Assembly (NCBI GenBank): GCA_965116725.1
Contig: OZ220700.1
Location: forward strand, 77,897 to 141,896
From: Thermodesulfobacteriota bacterium
GTDB lineage: Bacteria > Desulfobacterota_D > UBA1144 > Nemesobacterales > Nemesobacteraceae
Direction of reading: 5' to 3'
Length of the DNA: 64,000 nt
The stretch's first letter is position 1; each line of letters opens with the position of its first letter. The position numbers were made by a program, and so were the translations under genes. The notes beneath the pieces are model-generated. The model had not been told where the DNA came from. It did no database searches and saw nothing but the letters and a program-made list of their open reading frames with translations. This document shows, piece after piece, positions 17,506 through 27,409 of this stretch.

Positions 17506-18939
17506 ATGGCGAGAGTGGCAACGGAAGTGGCGGTAATAGGAGCGGGTCCCGGGGGATATCCCGCGGCGTTTGCCCTTGCCGACAAGGGAAAGAAAGTAAC
17601 GCTTATAGATCCTGAGCTAAACCCCGGAGGAGTCTGTCTCTACAGGGGATGCATACCTTCAAAGGCTCTTTTGCACGCGGCGAAGGTGGCCGAGGAGGCA
17701 AGGGACGCGGCGGATTTCGGTCTTAGCTACGGGGAACCGGAGATCGACCCCCAGAAGCTTTTTTCGTGGAAAGACGAGGTGGTCTCCAAGCTAACGGGCG
17801 GGCTCAGGACGCTTGTTCGGGCCAGAAAAGTAAATTACCTGCGGGGAAGGGCGTCTTTTACCTCTTCCGGCACCCTTCGTGTCGTAACGGCTTCCGGCGA
17901 GGAGAGGGAAGTAGTGTTCGAAAACGCCGTTATCTCCACGGGTTCTGTCTCGAGGAGAATCCCGGGAGTGGATTTCAGCTCCCCGAACGAGGTCGATTCA
18001 GACGGCGCTCTCTCCATGGGAGAGATTCCGAAGAGCCTGCTTGTGGTTGGCGGAGGTTACATAGGCCTTGAGCTTGGAACGTTTTTTTCCTCTCTGGGTA
18101 CCGAGGTCACGGTTGTAGAGATGCTCCCCGGACTCATCCAGGGAGTTGACAGGGATCTTGCGGCGGTCCTTAAAAAGAGGCTCGACCGGAAATTCCGCTC
18201 CATAATGCTTGAAACAAAGTTAATTTCTATAAGTGAGTTAGACAACGAAGTTCAAGTTTCATTCGAAGCCGATGGGAAAAGCTTTCAGGAAAGATACGAA
18301 AAGGTTCTGATCTCGGTCGGAAGGGTGCCGAACACGGAAGGTCTCGGCCTCGAGAACACTCGGGTCGAGGTAGACGGCAAGGGCTTTATAGAGACGGACT
18401 CCCAGAGAAGAACGGCCGACCCGGCGATTTTTGCAATCGGGGATGTCGCCGGAGAACCCATGCTTGCCCACAAGGCGACGTATGAAGCCAAGATCGTGGC
18501 CGAGGTTATAACCGGAGCCAAGACCCAGTACGACCCCAGGGCCGTTCCGGCGGTAATCTTTACCGATCCCGAAATCGCCTGGTGCGGAGTCACCGAAAGC
18601 GAGGCCAGGGAGGCGGGGATGGAAGTGAATGTGTCCAAGTTTCCGTGGGCGGCCTCGGGCAGGGCCCTTACGCTTAACAGGACCGATGGCCTGACGAAGC
18701 TCATAACCGATAAGGGGACCGGGAGGGTGATCGGCGTCGGAATTGTCGGATCGCAGGCGGGGGAACTCATATCGGAATCCGTACTGGCAATTGAAATGGG
18801 CGCGACTGCTGAGGATATAGCTTTTTCAATACATCCTCACCCGACCCTGACCGAGACCATTATGGAGGCGGCAGAAGGCATATACGGGGCAAGCACCCAC
18901 ATTATGAAAAGGCGTCCGAGAAAAGCTTCACGGAAGTGA
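17506..18939 (+). CDS. lpdA: Dihydrolipoyl dehydrogenase (E3)
   Basis: FAD-binding VIGAGPGGYPAAF and redox-active GGVCLYRGCIPSKALL. A pyridine nucleotide-disulfide oxidoreductase over the full length. Confidence 0.93.
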   Translation: MARVATEVAVIGAGPGGYPAAFALADKGKKVTLIDPELNPGGVCLYRGCIPSKALLHAAKVAEEARDAADFGLSYGEPEIDPQKLFSWKDEVVSKLTGGLRTLVRARKVNYLRGRASFTSSGTLRVVTASGEEREVVFENAVISTGSVSRRIPGVDFSSPNEVDSDGALSMGEIPKSLLVVGGGYIGLELGTFFSSLGTEVTVVEMLPGLIQGVDRDLAAVLKKRLDRKFRSIMLETKLISISELDNEVQVSFEADGKSFQERYEKVLISVGRVPNTEGLGLENTRVEVDGKGFIETDSQRRTADPAIFAIGDVAGEPMLAHKATYEAKIVAEVITGAKTQYDPRAVPAVIFTDPEIAWCGVTESEAREAGMEVNVSKFPWAASGRALTLNRTDGLTKLITDKGTGRVIGVGIVGSQAGELISESVLAIEMGATAEDIAFSIHPHPTLTETIMEAAEGIYGASTHIMKRRPRKASRK

Positions 18940-19250
18940 CAAAGTAATATTTGGACTGTTCAAACCTTCTTTTGTTTCCGGATTCATCTCTATAGCAATA
19001 CCTTTCTGAAGTCTGGTTGCGGGGATTATCTGCAACAAAGATGTTAATCAGGACCGCGCAGCGCCAGCCGGGAACAGGCTGTTTTTCCTGCTCTTCCATG
19101 ATATAGTTATGACTGTTCGTAGCTAAAAAGGCGGAAACCTTCCTTTTATGCGGAGGGTGCTCCGACTGCAGGGATAAAAAGAGTTTCTGGACCTTGGTAC
19201 AACTTGAAGACGGCTCTTGATAGCGTCTGGAAATAAGGAGGTTTTTTGTT

Positions 19251-19922
19251 ATGCAATTTCGAATTTTGGGACTTTTGTTCTTGGCGTTGCCCTTGGTAGC
19301 GTTGGTACAGGCTTGCGGAGATGATGACTCTGTCCCCACTATGGAAACGGAAAGGGGAGAACCGATGGGAATGCGGGGATTCTACCTTAGCGTAAACCAA
19401 AATCACGAGATAGACTGCGGTGTTGAAGACGCCTACGTGTACTTGACCGAGACGGAATCCGAGGGAATTTTTGATGTTGAGATTGCGTCTACCAGTGAGC
19501 GTTTTCCGGATTTCACTTATAAGGGGATCAAGACCGTCCGGGGTGATAAAGAGACCTTGGCGGTTTCCTACGTAATCGAATCCCAGGGAAGGGATCCCGC
19601 CCCGGGAATCTACTATCTGGAATCGAGAACCGATTCAGCTATCAGCGAAAAAACGATTTTTACCGGCTACTGGTCGGGCAATGCCGTCCGTCCGGAGAGT
19701 ATGCCCCTTGTGACCTGTCCGTATGTGCTTGTACCCAGAGACGCGATAGGCGAGGGCGGCTGCGGCGGCGCCGGTGAGGGGGAAATGGCCGAGGGTTTGA
19801 AAAAGTATCTCGGTAAAGGTCCTTCGGGCGGATCTCGAGGCGTGGAGCTCGGAACCTGCTACAGCCCGATAACAGCCGACGGGAAATCAACGCCAGGAGA
19901 TATCTCTTTCGGCAATTATTAA
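19251..19922 (+). CDS. Hypothetical lipoprotein
   Basis: Signal peptide with a lipobox (LVALVQACG). No recognisable domain. Confidence 0.5.
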   Translation: MQFRILGLLFLALPLVALVQACGDDDSVPTMETERGEPMGMRGFYLSVNQNHEIDCGVEDAYVYLTETESEGIFDVEIASTSERFPDFTYKGIKTVRGDKETLAVSYVIESQGRDPAPGIYYLESRTDSAISEKTIFTGYWSGNAVRPESMPLVTCPYVLVPRDAIGEGGCGGAGEGEMAEGLKKYLGKGPSGGSRGVELGTCYSPITADGKSTPGDISFGNY

Positions 19923-19930
19923 AACGGAAG

Positions 19931-20281
19931 ATGATTGAAATTGAGTTAAGTGGCTGGAGCGACGGACGCCCTGATTGGGGCGGCTCGCTTTTCGGATTCG
20001 GATTAAGAGTAAGCATGAAAGACCGGGAGATTTTCCGAAAATACTCAACAATAAAGCTCGAATTACCGCGCCCTGCGGGGAAGTTTTACAGACTCGAAGT
20101 AGCCATTACACCGTCTTTCTGGCGCAAGTGTCCCGAGCTTAGACACAAGAAGATCGGGGAGTGGATGTGGGAACGGGGAGATTGTCTGCCCGAGGCGGCT
20201 TCCCCATGGCCGGACGGCAAGGGTCGGCCGCCGAGATATAAGGCCGAGGTTAGAAAGAATTACGTGCGCGTGATTGGCTGA
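19931..20281 (+). CDS. Hypothetical protein
   Basis: An ORF of coding-like composition that follows the lipoprotein gene closely. No motif recognised. Confidence 0.4.
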   Translation: MIEIELSGWSDGRPDWGGSLFGFGLRVSMKDREIFRKYSTIKLELPRPAGKFYRLEVAITPSFWRKCPELRHKKIGEWMWERGDCLPEAASPWPDGKGRPPRYKAEVRKNYVRVIG

Positions 20282-20298
20282 ATACCAGGGAGAAAAGG

Positions 20299-20703
20299 AT
20301 GAACACTCTAAACCGAAAACTTGCTGGGTTTCTGCTGGTGATAATTCTCTTTGCCGCTTCCTGCGGTTGTGGAGATTCAGAACCAAGAAAGTTCAAGCAA
20401 CTTGGGTATTTTAAGGCTTCTAATAAGGCAAGGGTGTTTACAGTGAGTTATACACCGAACGCCACGGAAACCGAGATTAAGGCATATGGATCTTTAAAAG
20501 TGCACACTTTGGGGGCAACAACCGTCACCTATTTTTACCCCGCTGATACGCCGAATATTCCGGATGACGCAGTGACCACGGCTGATAGCGCTATGCAGGC
20601 AATGAAAATAAACGGCGAGGACGGGAGATTTACCTTTCAGGGCTTAATCAATCCCAAGGGGAAATACATTTTCACCAAGGTCGAAGAGGCAAAGGAACCA
20701 TGA
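20299..20703 (+). CDS. Hypothetical lipoprotein
   Basis: Signal peptide with a lipobox (LFAASCGCG). A GGAG RBS is present. Confidence 0.5.
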   Translation: MNTLNRKLAGFLLVIILFAASCGCGDSEPRKFKQLGYFKASNKARVFTVSYTPNATETEIKAYGSLKVHTLGATTVTYFYPADTPNIPDDAVTTADSAMQAMKINGEDGRFTFQGLINPKGKYIFTKVEEAKEP

Positions 20704-20832
20704 CCCAGATACTGAACTTAATTTTTCTTTTGATGTTTCTTTATATATTATTCACCGCCTGTTGAAATTAACGCGATAAAGGCCGCCGGGAATAGTTACT
20801 ATCACGGCTTATAACATTCCCAACCGCTTTTA

Positions 20833-20860
20833 TTGACAATGCGGGAAGAAGATGTAGAAT
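20833..20860 (+). promoter_or_regulatory. Sigma-70-like promoter for rpsT (TTGACA, 16 nt, TAGAAT)
   Basis: TTGACA at 20833..20838 and TAGAAT at 20855..20860, about 35 nt upstream of the rpsT start. Confidence 0.45.
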
Positions 20861-20892
20861 TCAACCTTCATTTTTAGACCCCGGAGGATTTT

Positions 20893-21174
20893 ATGGGCCT
20901 TAGAACAAAATCGGCGCAGAAAAAGCATCGTCAGAACCTGAAAAGACGAGAGAGAAACAAATTCGTAACGTCCACTCTTAAAACCAAGATCAAGCGTTAC
21001 TCGGAAGCTCTTGAGAGCGAGGATACCGATAAATCCCAGGCTCTTCTCAAGGAACTGGTTTCCCTTACCGACAAGGCCGCCACTAAAGGGGTTATCCATA
21101 AGAAAAAAGCCTCAAGATACGTATCGAGGTTCTCAAAGAAGCTTTCAGACCTGAGCCAGGGCGCTGGCTCCTAG
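20893..21174 (+). CDS. rpsT: 30S ribosomal protein S20
   Basis: KSAQKKHRQNLKRRERNK ... DKAATKGVIHKKKASR is the typical S20 sequence and length. Confidence 0.85.
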   Translation: MGLRTKSAQKKHRQNLKRRERNKFVTSTLKTKIKRYSEALESEDTDKSQALLKELVSLTDKAATKGVIHKKKASRYVSRFSKKLSDLSQGAGS

Positions 21175-22133
21175 GTTCCCCGCGAGCAGATTCCCAGAAG
21201 AAGTTTCTCAAGAAGTACGTAGTTGTCCCCGGAACTGTTTTTGATTCCGAAGTCCGTTTCCTCTATAAGCCCAAGTATGCTGCCGAGATCGTTTTCCCTG
21301 AAGTTGCGCACGCTTTTTTTAAGGTAAAAGACGGCCCCGCGGGACGTTTTTATGGCCTTGGCGATGGCTTCATCAGATTTTCCTTCCCGAAGATACTGCG
21401 ACACCTTGAATATCTGGCGGAACCTCCAGGCTATCATGTAGAGTATGGAGAGGGGGTCCTCCCTGTTTCTCTCAAGCTCCCGCAGTATCCTGAGAGAACC
21501 CCGAAGATCCCTGTTCGAAAGCGTGGTCGAGAGGGAAAACACGTTCTCGGTGCTACGTTTCTCAATAAGCCCTCTTAACTCTTTCTCACCTACGGGTTTT
21601 TTCCCGTCAACGTAAAGGGATATTTTCCCAAGCTCGTTCTTGATGAGGTTCATGTCCTCGCCGAGCATGGTTTTTACGAAACCCACCGCCCCGGGAGTAA
21701 GGGAGATCCCGAGTCTTTCCCCGAGGCGCCTTATTTCCTGCTCGGGCTTGCTCCCACGGTCAAGATCAACAAGCTTTATGCCTCTTGCGGGCTTTGTCTT
21801 CCCCTTCCGGGCTCCCCCGGAGAGCAGGACCAGCACGGAGGAAGAGGCCGGGGCCCCGGCGTATTCGTTAAGCAGATCGAGATCGTCTTTTTTAAGGCCG
21901 TCATACCCCTTCGCCACGATCAGTTTTTTCTCGTGAAACATTGGGAGCGTCCTTGCGTCCTCGACTATTTCCTGAAGGGGCGTATCATCGAGGTTTTTGC
22001 TTTCAACCAGCAGCTTGGAAGAACCGCTTGAGAGCTCCTTTTTAAGCTCCTCGATAAAATCTTCGATGAGAAGGGGCTGCGTGCTTTTAAGTACGGTGAC
22101 CGGATGGATGTCGATGCTTTTCTCAGAAGGCAC
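21171..22133 (-). CDS. holA: DNA polymerase III subunit delta
   Basis: Its length and overall pattern resemble HolA. The call is moderately confident. Confidence 0.7.
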   Translation of the reverse strand: MPSEKSIDIHPVTVLKSTQPLLIEDFIEELKKELSSGSSKLLVESKNLDDTPLQEIVEDARTLPMFHEKKLIVAKGYDGLKKDDLDLLNEYAGAPASSSVLVLLSGGARKGKTKPARGIKLVDLDRGSKPEQEIRRLGERLGISLTPGAVGFVKTMLGEDMNLIKNELGKISLYVDGKKPVGEKELRGLIEKRSTENVFSLSTTLSNRDLRGSLRILRELERNREDPLSILYMIAWRFRQIFKVSQYLREGKSDEAIAKAIKTSRGAVFYLKKSVRNFRENDLGSILGLIEETDFGIKNSSGDNYVLLEKLLLGICSRGT

Positions 22134-22149
22134 GACCTGCTTTTTCTCC

Positions 22150-22569
22150 TTATCGGCTGTTTATTTGAAGCTCGCTGAAAAAATATCCTATTTCGTAGGC
22201 GGCCGATTCCGGCGAATCGGACCCGTGCACTATGTTCTTTTCTATACCGGACGCGAAATCCTTTCTTATGGTTCCGGGGTCCGCTTCCTCAGGGTTCGTG
22301 GCGCCCATGATGGCCCTTACCCTCGAGATGGCCTCTTCCCCCTCAAGAACCATCACCACGCACGGTCCCGAGGACATGAAGTCCGTGAGGCTCGAGAAAA
22401 AAGGTCTTTCCCTGTGCACGTGGTAAAACCCCTCGGCCTGTTTCTTTGAAAGGTGTATCATCCGAAGCGCCACAACGCTTATTCCGTTCTCCTCGAACCT
22501 TCGAAGAACTTCACCAATGAGGTTCGCTCCGACTCCGTCAGGTTTTACTATTGACAATGTTCTTTCCAT
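22150..22569 (-). CDS. ndk: Nucleoside diphosphate kinase
   Basis: [12 protein letters not shown] ... NIVHGSDS ... YEIGYFF are canonical NDK motifs. Confidence 0.95.
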   Translation of the reverse strand: MERTLSIVKPDGVGANLIGEVLRRFEENGISVVALRMIHLSKKQAEGFYHVHRERPFFSSLTDFMSSGPCVVMVLEGEEAISRVRAIMGATNPEEADPGTIRKDFASGIEKNIVHGSDSPESAAYEIGYFFSELQINSR

Positions 22570-22666
22570 CTCTTGCCTCCGTGTTTATGTGGTCCCAGTG
22601 ACTGTTTGAATATCAGCTTTGCGGCGGGGGTTAGGTCGGCATGCGCCGCTCCAGGTGAACTTATAT

Positions 22667-23098
22667 CTAGTATTCCCTCTCAAGCTTCTCTACCAGGTTT
22701 TTTCTTCTCCTGCGGCTTTTTATCCTGAGATACACCTTGTGCTTCAGGTCAAGGGTGATCGGCAGGTTAAATTCCCTGCTTACCATCTCGCAGAGCTCTT
22801 TTCCCTTAATGCTGGGCTTCTTTGAGATCGCGTCGTTCATGAAAGATCTTATTTTCCTTTTCCGGGCGCCCTCCGCCTTGTCCATGATCTCGTCTCTTTC
22901 AGAGGCGCTCAGGTTCTTGAGATAAGCGATTACCTCGGAGCGGGTAGGTTCGCTGCTTTCGCTCCGAAACCTCTCTATCGCTGTTCTTATAATCTCGCTT
23001 GAGCTTACGTTCTTGCTGTCCGCGGTTGAGAATACGTAGTCATAGTCGCTTTCGGGAATCCTGAAACTCACAAGCTTGTCTTTGATCTTGGAAGCCAT
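22667..23098 (-). CDS. Hypothetical protein, possible ribbon-helix-helix fold at the N-terminus
   Basis: KLVSFRIPESDYDYV ... SSEIIRTAIERF looks like an RHH beta-alpha-alpha pattern. This is a weak call. Confidence 0.35.
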   Translation of the reverse strand: MASKIKDKLVSFRIPESDYDYVFSTADSKNVSSSEIIRTAIERFRSESSEPTRSEVIAYLKNLSASERDEIMDKAEGARKRKIRSFMNDAISKKPSIKGKELCEMVSREFNLPITLDLKHKVYLRIKSRRRRKNLVEKLEREY

Positions 23099-23498
23099 AA
23101 GTCACTCCGGAAAACCGGGTTCCGGGCCATCAAGCGGAATCCGCAGCAGGCAGTCCCGCCTCCGGTTTCGGAACTAGATTCTAATTATTACGGTGTTAAG
23201 AATCAAGTGCTATATGGCTTTCACGCAATACTGTCTCACGCTGAAGGGGTAGGTTGCTTTTATCGGGAGGTGTTCCGGCGCTTGGGCCGTAGAAATCCCG
23301 GGGTTGCGGTTTTCGCTTCGGAATGCCCCTAGCGCGGGTACATACCGGCAAACAAAAACAAAACAGCCTTCATGATCGGCGCGCGGCAGCAGAGTGAATT
23401 CCCGCGGCCCTCAAAGAGCCGTTCTCAACTTGGACGCGTCCGGAATCCTCTGGGGAGGGCAAGCAGCATCAATATTACAGCAAGCGGGCGGGAAACTC

Positions 23499-25133
23499 TC
23501 AGCCTCGCGCTCTTGTTCTTCCCATCACCGCAAAGACAAGAAGAGTCACGAGGAACAGGGCGAACACAGAAGAATCCCCTGAACCCAGGGCGCAGCCCCC
23601 GTCTCCCGAGGCTTCTGTTTCGCAGTCATCAGGCATTATCACACTCACTCCCTCGGGCTCTTCCCCCTCAAGAGTGACTCCGCATCCCGTGCTTATTTCC
23701 TCGAGCCTTTGAAGCTCAAAAACGCTCTGCGGAATCTCTCCGGTTATTCCCTCCCCGGTGAAATCAAGCTCCGTTACCCTTCCATCATCATCCGTAGTGA
23801 CGCCTGTGTGCCAGTCCTCGAAGTCATAAGGGTCCCCGTAGTCCTCAAACCACTCGGGATTAATGTTAAGCATTTCCTCTATGTCTCTTAGGACCGCTCT
23901 TTCAACCGCGAGTTCAAGCTTATCCGGTATATCTCCCGAAAGTTCATTTCCCCAGAGGGCAAGTTCCACAAGTTCCATAAGACACAGCAATTCTTCTGTC
24001 GGCATATCTCCCGAGAGATTGTTATCCGGAAGACGCAGGGATACAGCCTCTCCAGCGTCATTAGTTTCTACTCCATGCCATTGATCAAGAGGTTCAGTGG
24101 AGTTCCAGTTTTCATTCTCATCCCAGTTCACTCCTCCCGAAGCTTCGTAGAACCTCACAAGGTCTTCCCTGTCTGTTCCGCAGGGGGGAGAATCCGGGTC
24201 GGGGTCTGAGGGTACTGCGGGCGGGGGACCACCGTCAGTGGGGGGAGTGGGAGTAGGTGGTGAGGGCGTGTCGTCCGTGGGCGTGTCGTCCGTGGGCGTG
24301 TCGTCCGTGCGGCCGGTATTGGCCGGAATGGTCAGCGTGAGGCTCGGGCGGCTGGTCAGCGTCAGGGAACTTCCGACCTCGATCACGATGGTCTCGTCAC
24401 CCTCGGCCCTCCCGTCGTTGGTTACCATCAGCGTCGCCGTGGCCGTCGTTTGGCCTGCGATGTCGATGTCATCGGTAACGGCCGAGCCGAGGCCTGTCGG
24501 CGACAGCGTGAAGTCACTGCCTGCAACCGCCGAGCCCATGGCCTTGATGAAATGTAAGGTCGCGCCCGCCGGCGCCTGCCTGTCAAGCGTCGCCGTGAGG
24601 GTCACCGTCGAGCCCTCGGTCGGCCTCAGGTTGTCGGGGTCGGCCGTCAGCGTTACTGTGTACTCCGTGAACGTAGGCGGCGGGGGGGCCTGCGGCGTGC
24701 CGGTCGTGGAAACCCAACTGGTAGGCGTTCCAGAAAGGGCAACATTGATCTCGACAACGTAGGTCGTGCCGTTCGTCAAACCAGTGATTTCCCAGGTATT
24801 TCGGTTTGAGGTGCCGAGAATTTCAATCCCAGTTGCACCGTCACCGTTCAACCAAGTGTTCGTATTCTGCACCTTCCAGCGAATAAAAATGGAATCGGCG
24901 GCGGTCAAAACTCGGGGGTTGGTCCAAGTTAGCGTCAGCTTTCCGTCGCCCGAGGCTGCGGACAGATTGGTCGCCGGACCCGTTTGCGCCACGGCGGGCA
25001 CGGCGGCGAACAGTGAGAGTGCCCCGAGCAAAAGTGCAAGAAGGGAGGGGCGGACGCGCATTGAAGAGAATGTCCATCGAGCGCCAAGAAACGCAGCTAG
25101 GACAAGGAGAAACCATCTAGCGGAGGAAGTCAC
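23499..25133 (-). CDS. Secreted surface protein with TDDTP tandem repeats and a C-terminal Cys-containing sorting-tag-like tail (GG-C ... TM ... RTRAR)
   Basis: A strong AGGAGG lies 5 nt before the GTG start. It has an N-terminal signal peptide and a Thr/Pro-rich repeat region. The C-terminus is GDGGCALGSGDSSVFALFLVTLLVFAVMGRTRARG. Confidence 0.6.
   Translation of the reverse strand: MTSSARWFLLVLAAFLGARWTFSSMRVRPSLLALLLGALSLFAAVPAVAQTGPATNLSAASGDGKLTLTWTNPRVLTAADSIFIRWKVQNTNTWLNGDGATGIEILGTSNRNTWEITGLTNGTTYVVEINVALSGTPTSWVSTTGTPQAPPPPTFTEYTVTLTADPDNLRPTEGSTVTLTATLDRQAPAGATLHFIKAMGSAVAGSDFTLSPTGLGSAVTDDIDIAGQTTATATLMVTNDGRAEGDETIVIEVGSSLTLTSRPSLTLTIPANTGRTDDTPTDDTPTDDTPSPPTPTPPTDGGPPPAVPSDPDPDSPPCGTDREDLVRFYEASGGVNWDENENWNSTEPLDQWHGVETNDAGEAVSLRLPDNNLSGDMPTEELLCLMELVELALWGNELSGDIPDKLELAVERAVLRDIEEMLNINPEWFEDYGDPYDFEDWHTGVTTDDDGRVTELDFTGEGITGEIPQSVFELQRLEEISTGCGVTLEGEEPEGVSVIMPDDCETEASGDGGCALGSGDSSVFALFLVTLLVFAVMGRTRARG
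24266..24310. repeat. Three tandem copies of the 15-bp unit GCGTGTCGTCCGTGG inside the surface-protein gene (encodes TDDTP x3)
   Basis: Read directly. The third copy differs at its last base. Confidence 0.8.
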
Positions 25134-25597
25134 GACTTCCTCCTGAAAAACAGGATTTACGGAATAAATGGGGGGGGGTAGAACTAAACTCCAGTTGAGT
25201 GTGTTTATTTCTATGGGCTGAATTTTCCATGGAAGCGCTTCCCCCTTTGATTGCAGACTTCCCGTATTAGAAACATCCGGTCGGTCTAGATACGTACGGT
25301 TAGTCTAACAAACATGGATATGTAATGTCAAGCTTCAGTCAAGCCAGAGCTTTGTGCGGGCTTCCGTCCCCCCGGTACCACCTCCGATCTTCCTCAAGCG
25401 TAAAATCGCCTTGAGCTTTCATGCCGTGTTCGGAATCGTGTTCTGGAACCGGCCTGTTTTCTAGGTTATTCTGCTGATGTTTAGTCCTGATTGCTTTATA
25501 ATGGCCGATTGTATCTCCGGCACGTGAAGGGGAGTTTCCCTTTAGTGACGGGCAATCAGCAACTTCCTTTGAAGTAAGACAAAAAGACGGTCTGGTT

Positions 25598-27241
25598 ATG
25601 AGGATGAACTCGCAACTACACGTCATTCTGCGAAACGGAGCGAATAATCTTTCCATCGGGCTTCTTTTCTTTCTGCTGACCGTTTTCCCCGCGGTTTCCT
25701 ATAGCGGCGCGGTTACGATCAAGGCGATATACGTCGACCCTCAGGGAATCGGGTTTAACGATACGGCCGGGTTGATGGAGGAGGAAAGGGCGCTGCTAGG
25801 CGATAACGGCAATAACGCGAGCACGCTCGGGCAGGCGAGAAGAAACGCCTTTGAGCACGCCGCCAGTTTGCTTGGACAGAAATTGCCGGGTCAGAACACG
25901 ATCCGGGTTGAGGTGTCGTTCGGGTCCTTTGAGGATGAAAACACGGTTGCCAAAACCTATATGAGGAAGCCCGTAAGCTTCGGTCCCGAAGAGCTGCTGC
26001 ACATAGCGTACCCGCCGGCACTTGCGGAGAAAATCGCGGGAAGGGCCTTGATAGATGAATCGGCGGCTCATTTCATAGTGAAATTCTCAAGGAGCCTGAA
26101 CTTCTACTACGGTTTTCGCGGGGAGGTGCCGCCGTTTTCAATAGATTTCGTCGCCCTCGTCACACACGAAATTATTCACGGGCTCGGGTTCCATTCCTCC
26201 CTTGAGGAAGAAGGTTCTTTTCCAAGCGCGACCCTTGATGTGACTGACGCTGACGGAACCCGGAGTTTTTCACTTGACGTGCCGGAGTGGCAGAGGATCT
26301 ACGACGTGCAGATGTATTCTGAGGAAGACAGAGAATTTATCGTCGACCTTCCGCCGCGGGACAGGGAGCGGGCCATTACTTCTGACACCGGCCTTTTGTG
26401 GGACGGAACCGCGCGGCCTGGAGGGGAGAATTCGTGCAGCTACGGACAGCGCATGGCCGAACTTAAACCTGCAGGCGTAGCTCCGGACGGAAAACCCCAG
26501 CTCTACGCTCCCCCGACTTTTGAAGAGGGCAGCTCCATAACCCATGTTCATACGGACACAGACGATATCATGGAATACCTCTATCCCTTTCCCGTGGACA
26601 TGGACCTGAGCCTTGCCATGCTTGCGGACATGGGCTGGGAAGTAAGCGATGAAGGCTTTCCGCCTTCCTGCGTGCCAACCGGAATAAGCGTTACGCCGAC
26701 TTCAGGACTTGTGACCACGGAGGGGGGCGGGACGGCTTCGTTTCGGGTGAAGCTTGAGTCAGAACCGATAAGCGAGGTCATAATCCCCCTGCGAAGCAGC
26801 CATCCGTCTGAGGGAACGGCCGACACTCGGGCGCTTTCGTTCACGCCCGATGACTGGGAGGTTGCGAAGACCGTGACGGTAACCGGCATGAACGACAGCG
26901 ATGAGGATGGCGCCAGGCGCTACGCTATCGTGCTTGAGCGGGCGCAGAGCCAAGACAGGTTCTATGACGGCTTTGACCCGGACGACGTGTCTCTAACCAA
27001 CCGGGATAATGATCCGGAACCGGATACCCCTTCGCCGGGTTCCATGCTGCCGCCGGGGGAGGAGACGGGACAAGGCGGCCTCGGGTGCGCAGTTGCCGCG
27101 CAAGAGCAAGTGCTGGATGCATCCCGAAGCGGGATGCTTGTCCGGTTTTTGCCCGCCGCACTCCTTGTTTTCGTAATTTCATGCAGAAGCCTGCGAAGAG
27201 AAAAGCGCCACCTCATCCGGGCGGATTTCCTCTCTGATTAA
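25598..27241 (+). CDS. Secreted zinc-metalloprotease-like protein (HExxH) with a C-terminal Cys-containing sorting-tag-like tail
   Basis: A signal peptide, a VTHEIIHGLGFH zinc-binding motif, and the C-terminus GGLGCAVAAQ ... LLVFVISCRSLRREKR, which resembles the tail of the 23499..25133 protein. Confidence 0.55.
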   Translation: MRMNSQLHVILRNGANNLSIGLLFFLLTVFPAVSYSGAVTIKAIYVDPQGIGFNDTAGLMEEERALLGDNGNNASTLGQARRNAFEHAASLLGQKLPGQNTIRVEVSFGSFEDENTVAKTYMRKPVSFGPEELLHIAYPPALAEKIAGRALIDESAAHFIVKFSRSLNFYYGFRGEVPPFSIDFVALVTHEIIHGLGFHSSLEEEGSFPSATLDVTDADGTRSFSLDVPEWQRIYDVQMYSEEDREFIVDLPPRDRERAITSDTGLLWDGTARPGGENSCSYGQRMAELKPAGVAPDGKPQLYAPPTFEEGSSITHVHTDTDDIMEYLYPFPVDMDLSLAMLADMGWEVSDEGFPPSCVPTGISVTPTSGLVTTEGGGTASFRVKLESEPISEVIIPLRSSHPSEGTADTRALSFTPDDWEVAKTVTVTGMNDSDEDGARRYAIVLERAQSQDRFYDGFDPDDVSLTNRDNDPEPDTPSPGSMLPPGEETGQGGLGCAVAAQEQVLDASRSGMLVRFLPAALLVFVISCRSLRREKRHLIRADFLSD

Positions 27242-27263
27242 GCGAATTCCCGTTATTGTGGAC

Positions 27264-27288
27264 AACCCTTGTTTCCGTGCTGTATAAT
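27264..27288 (+). promoter_or_regulatory. Candidate sigma-70 promoter upstream of cysC (TGGACA, 18 nt, TATAAT)
   Basis: A perfect TATAAT at 27283..27288 with a -35-like TGGACA. cysC starts about 120 nt downstream. Confidence 0.35.
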
Positions 27289-27409
27289 GTTGCCCCAAGA
27301 GCTTTGGGAAGAAAGAGGAATTAGCGCGAAAAGCTTGACTGTCTTAATCTGCTTTCCCTTCTCTTTTTTAAATCATATCCGCATCTTACAATCATTGGAG
27401 GCAACATAA

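Noticed and set aside
24238-24320. CRISPR array, because of the regularly spaced short repeats
   Set aside because: The repeats are contiguous 15-mers with no spacers, in frame within a surface-protein gene. They encode TDDTP repeats and are not CRISPR.
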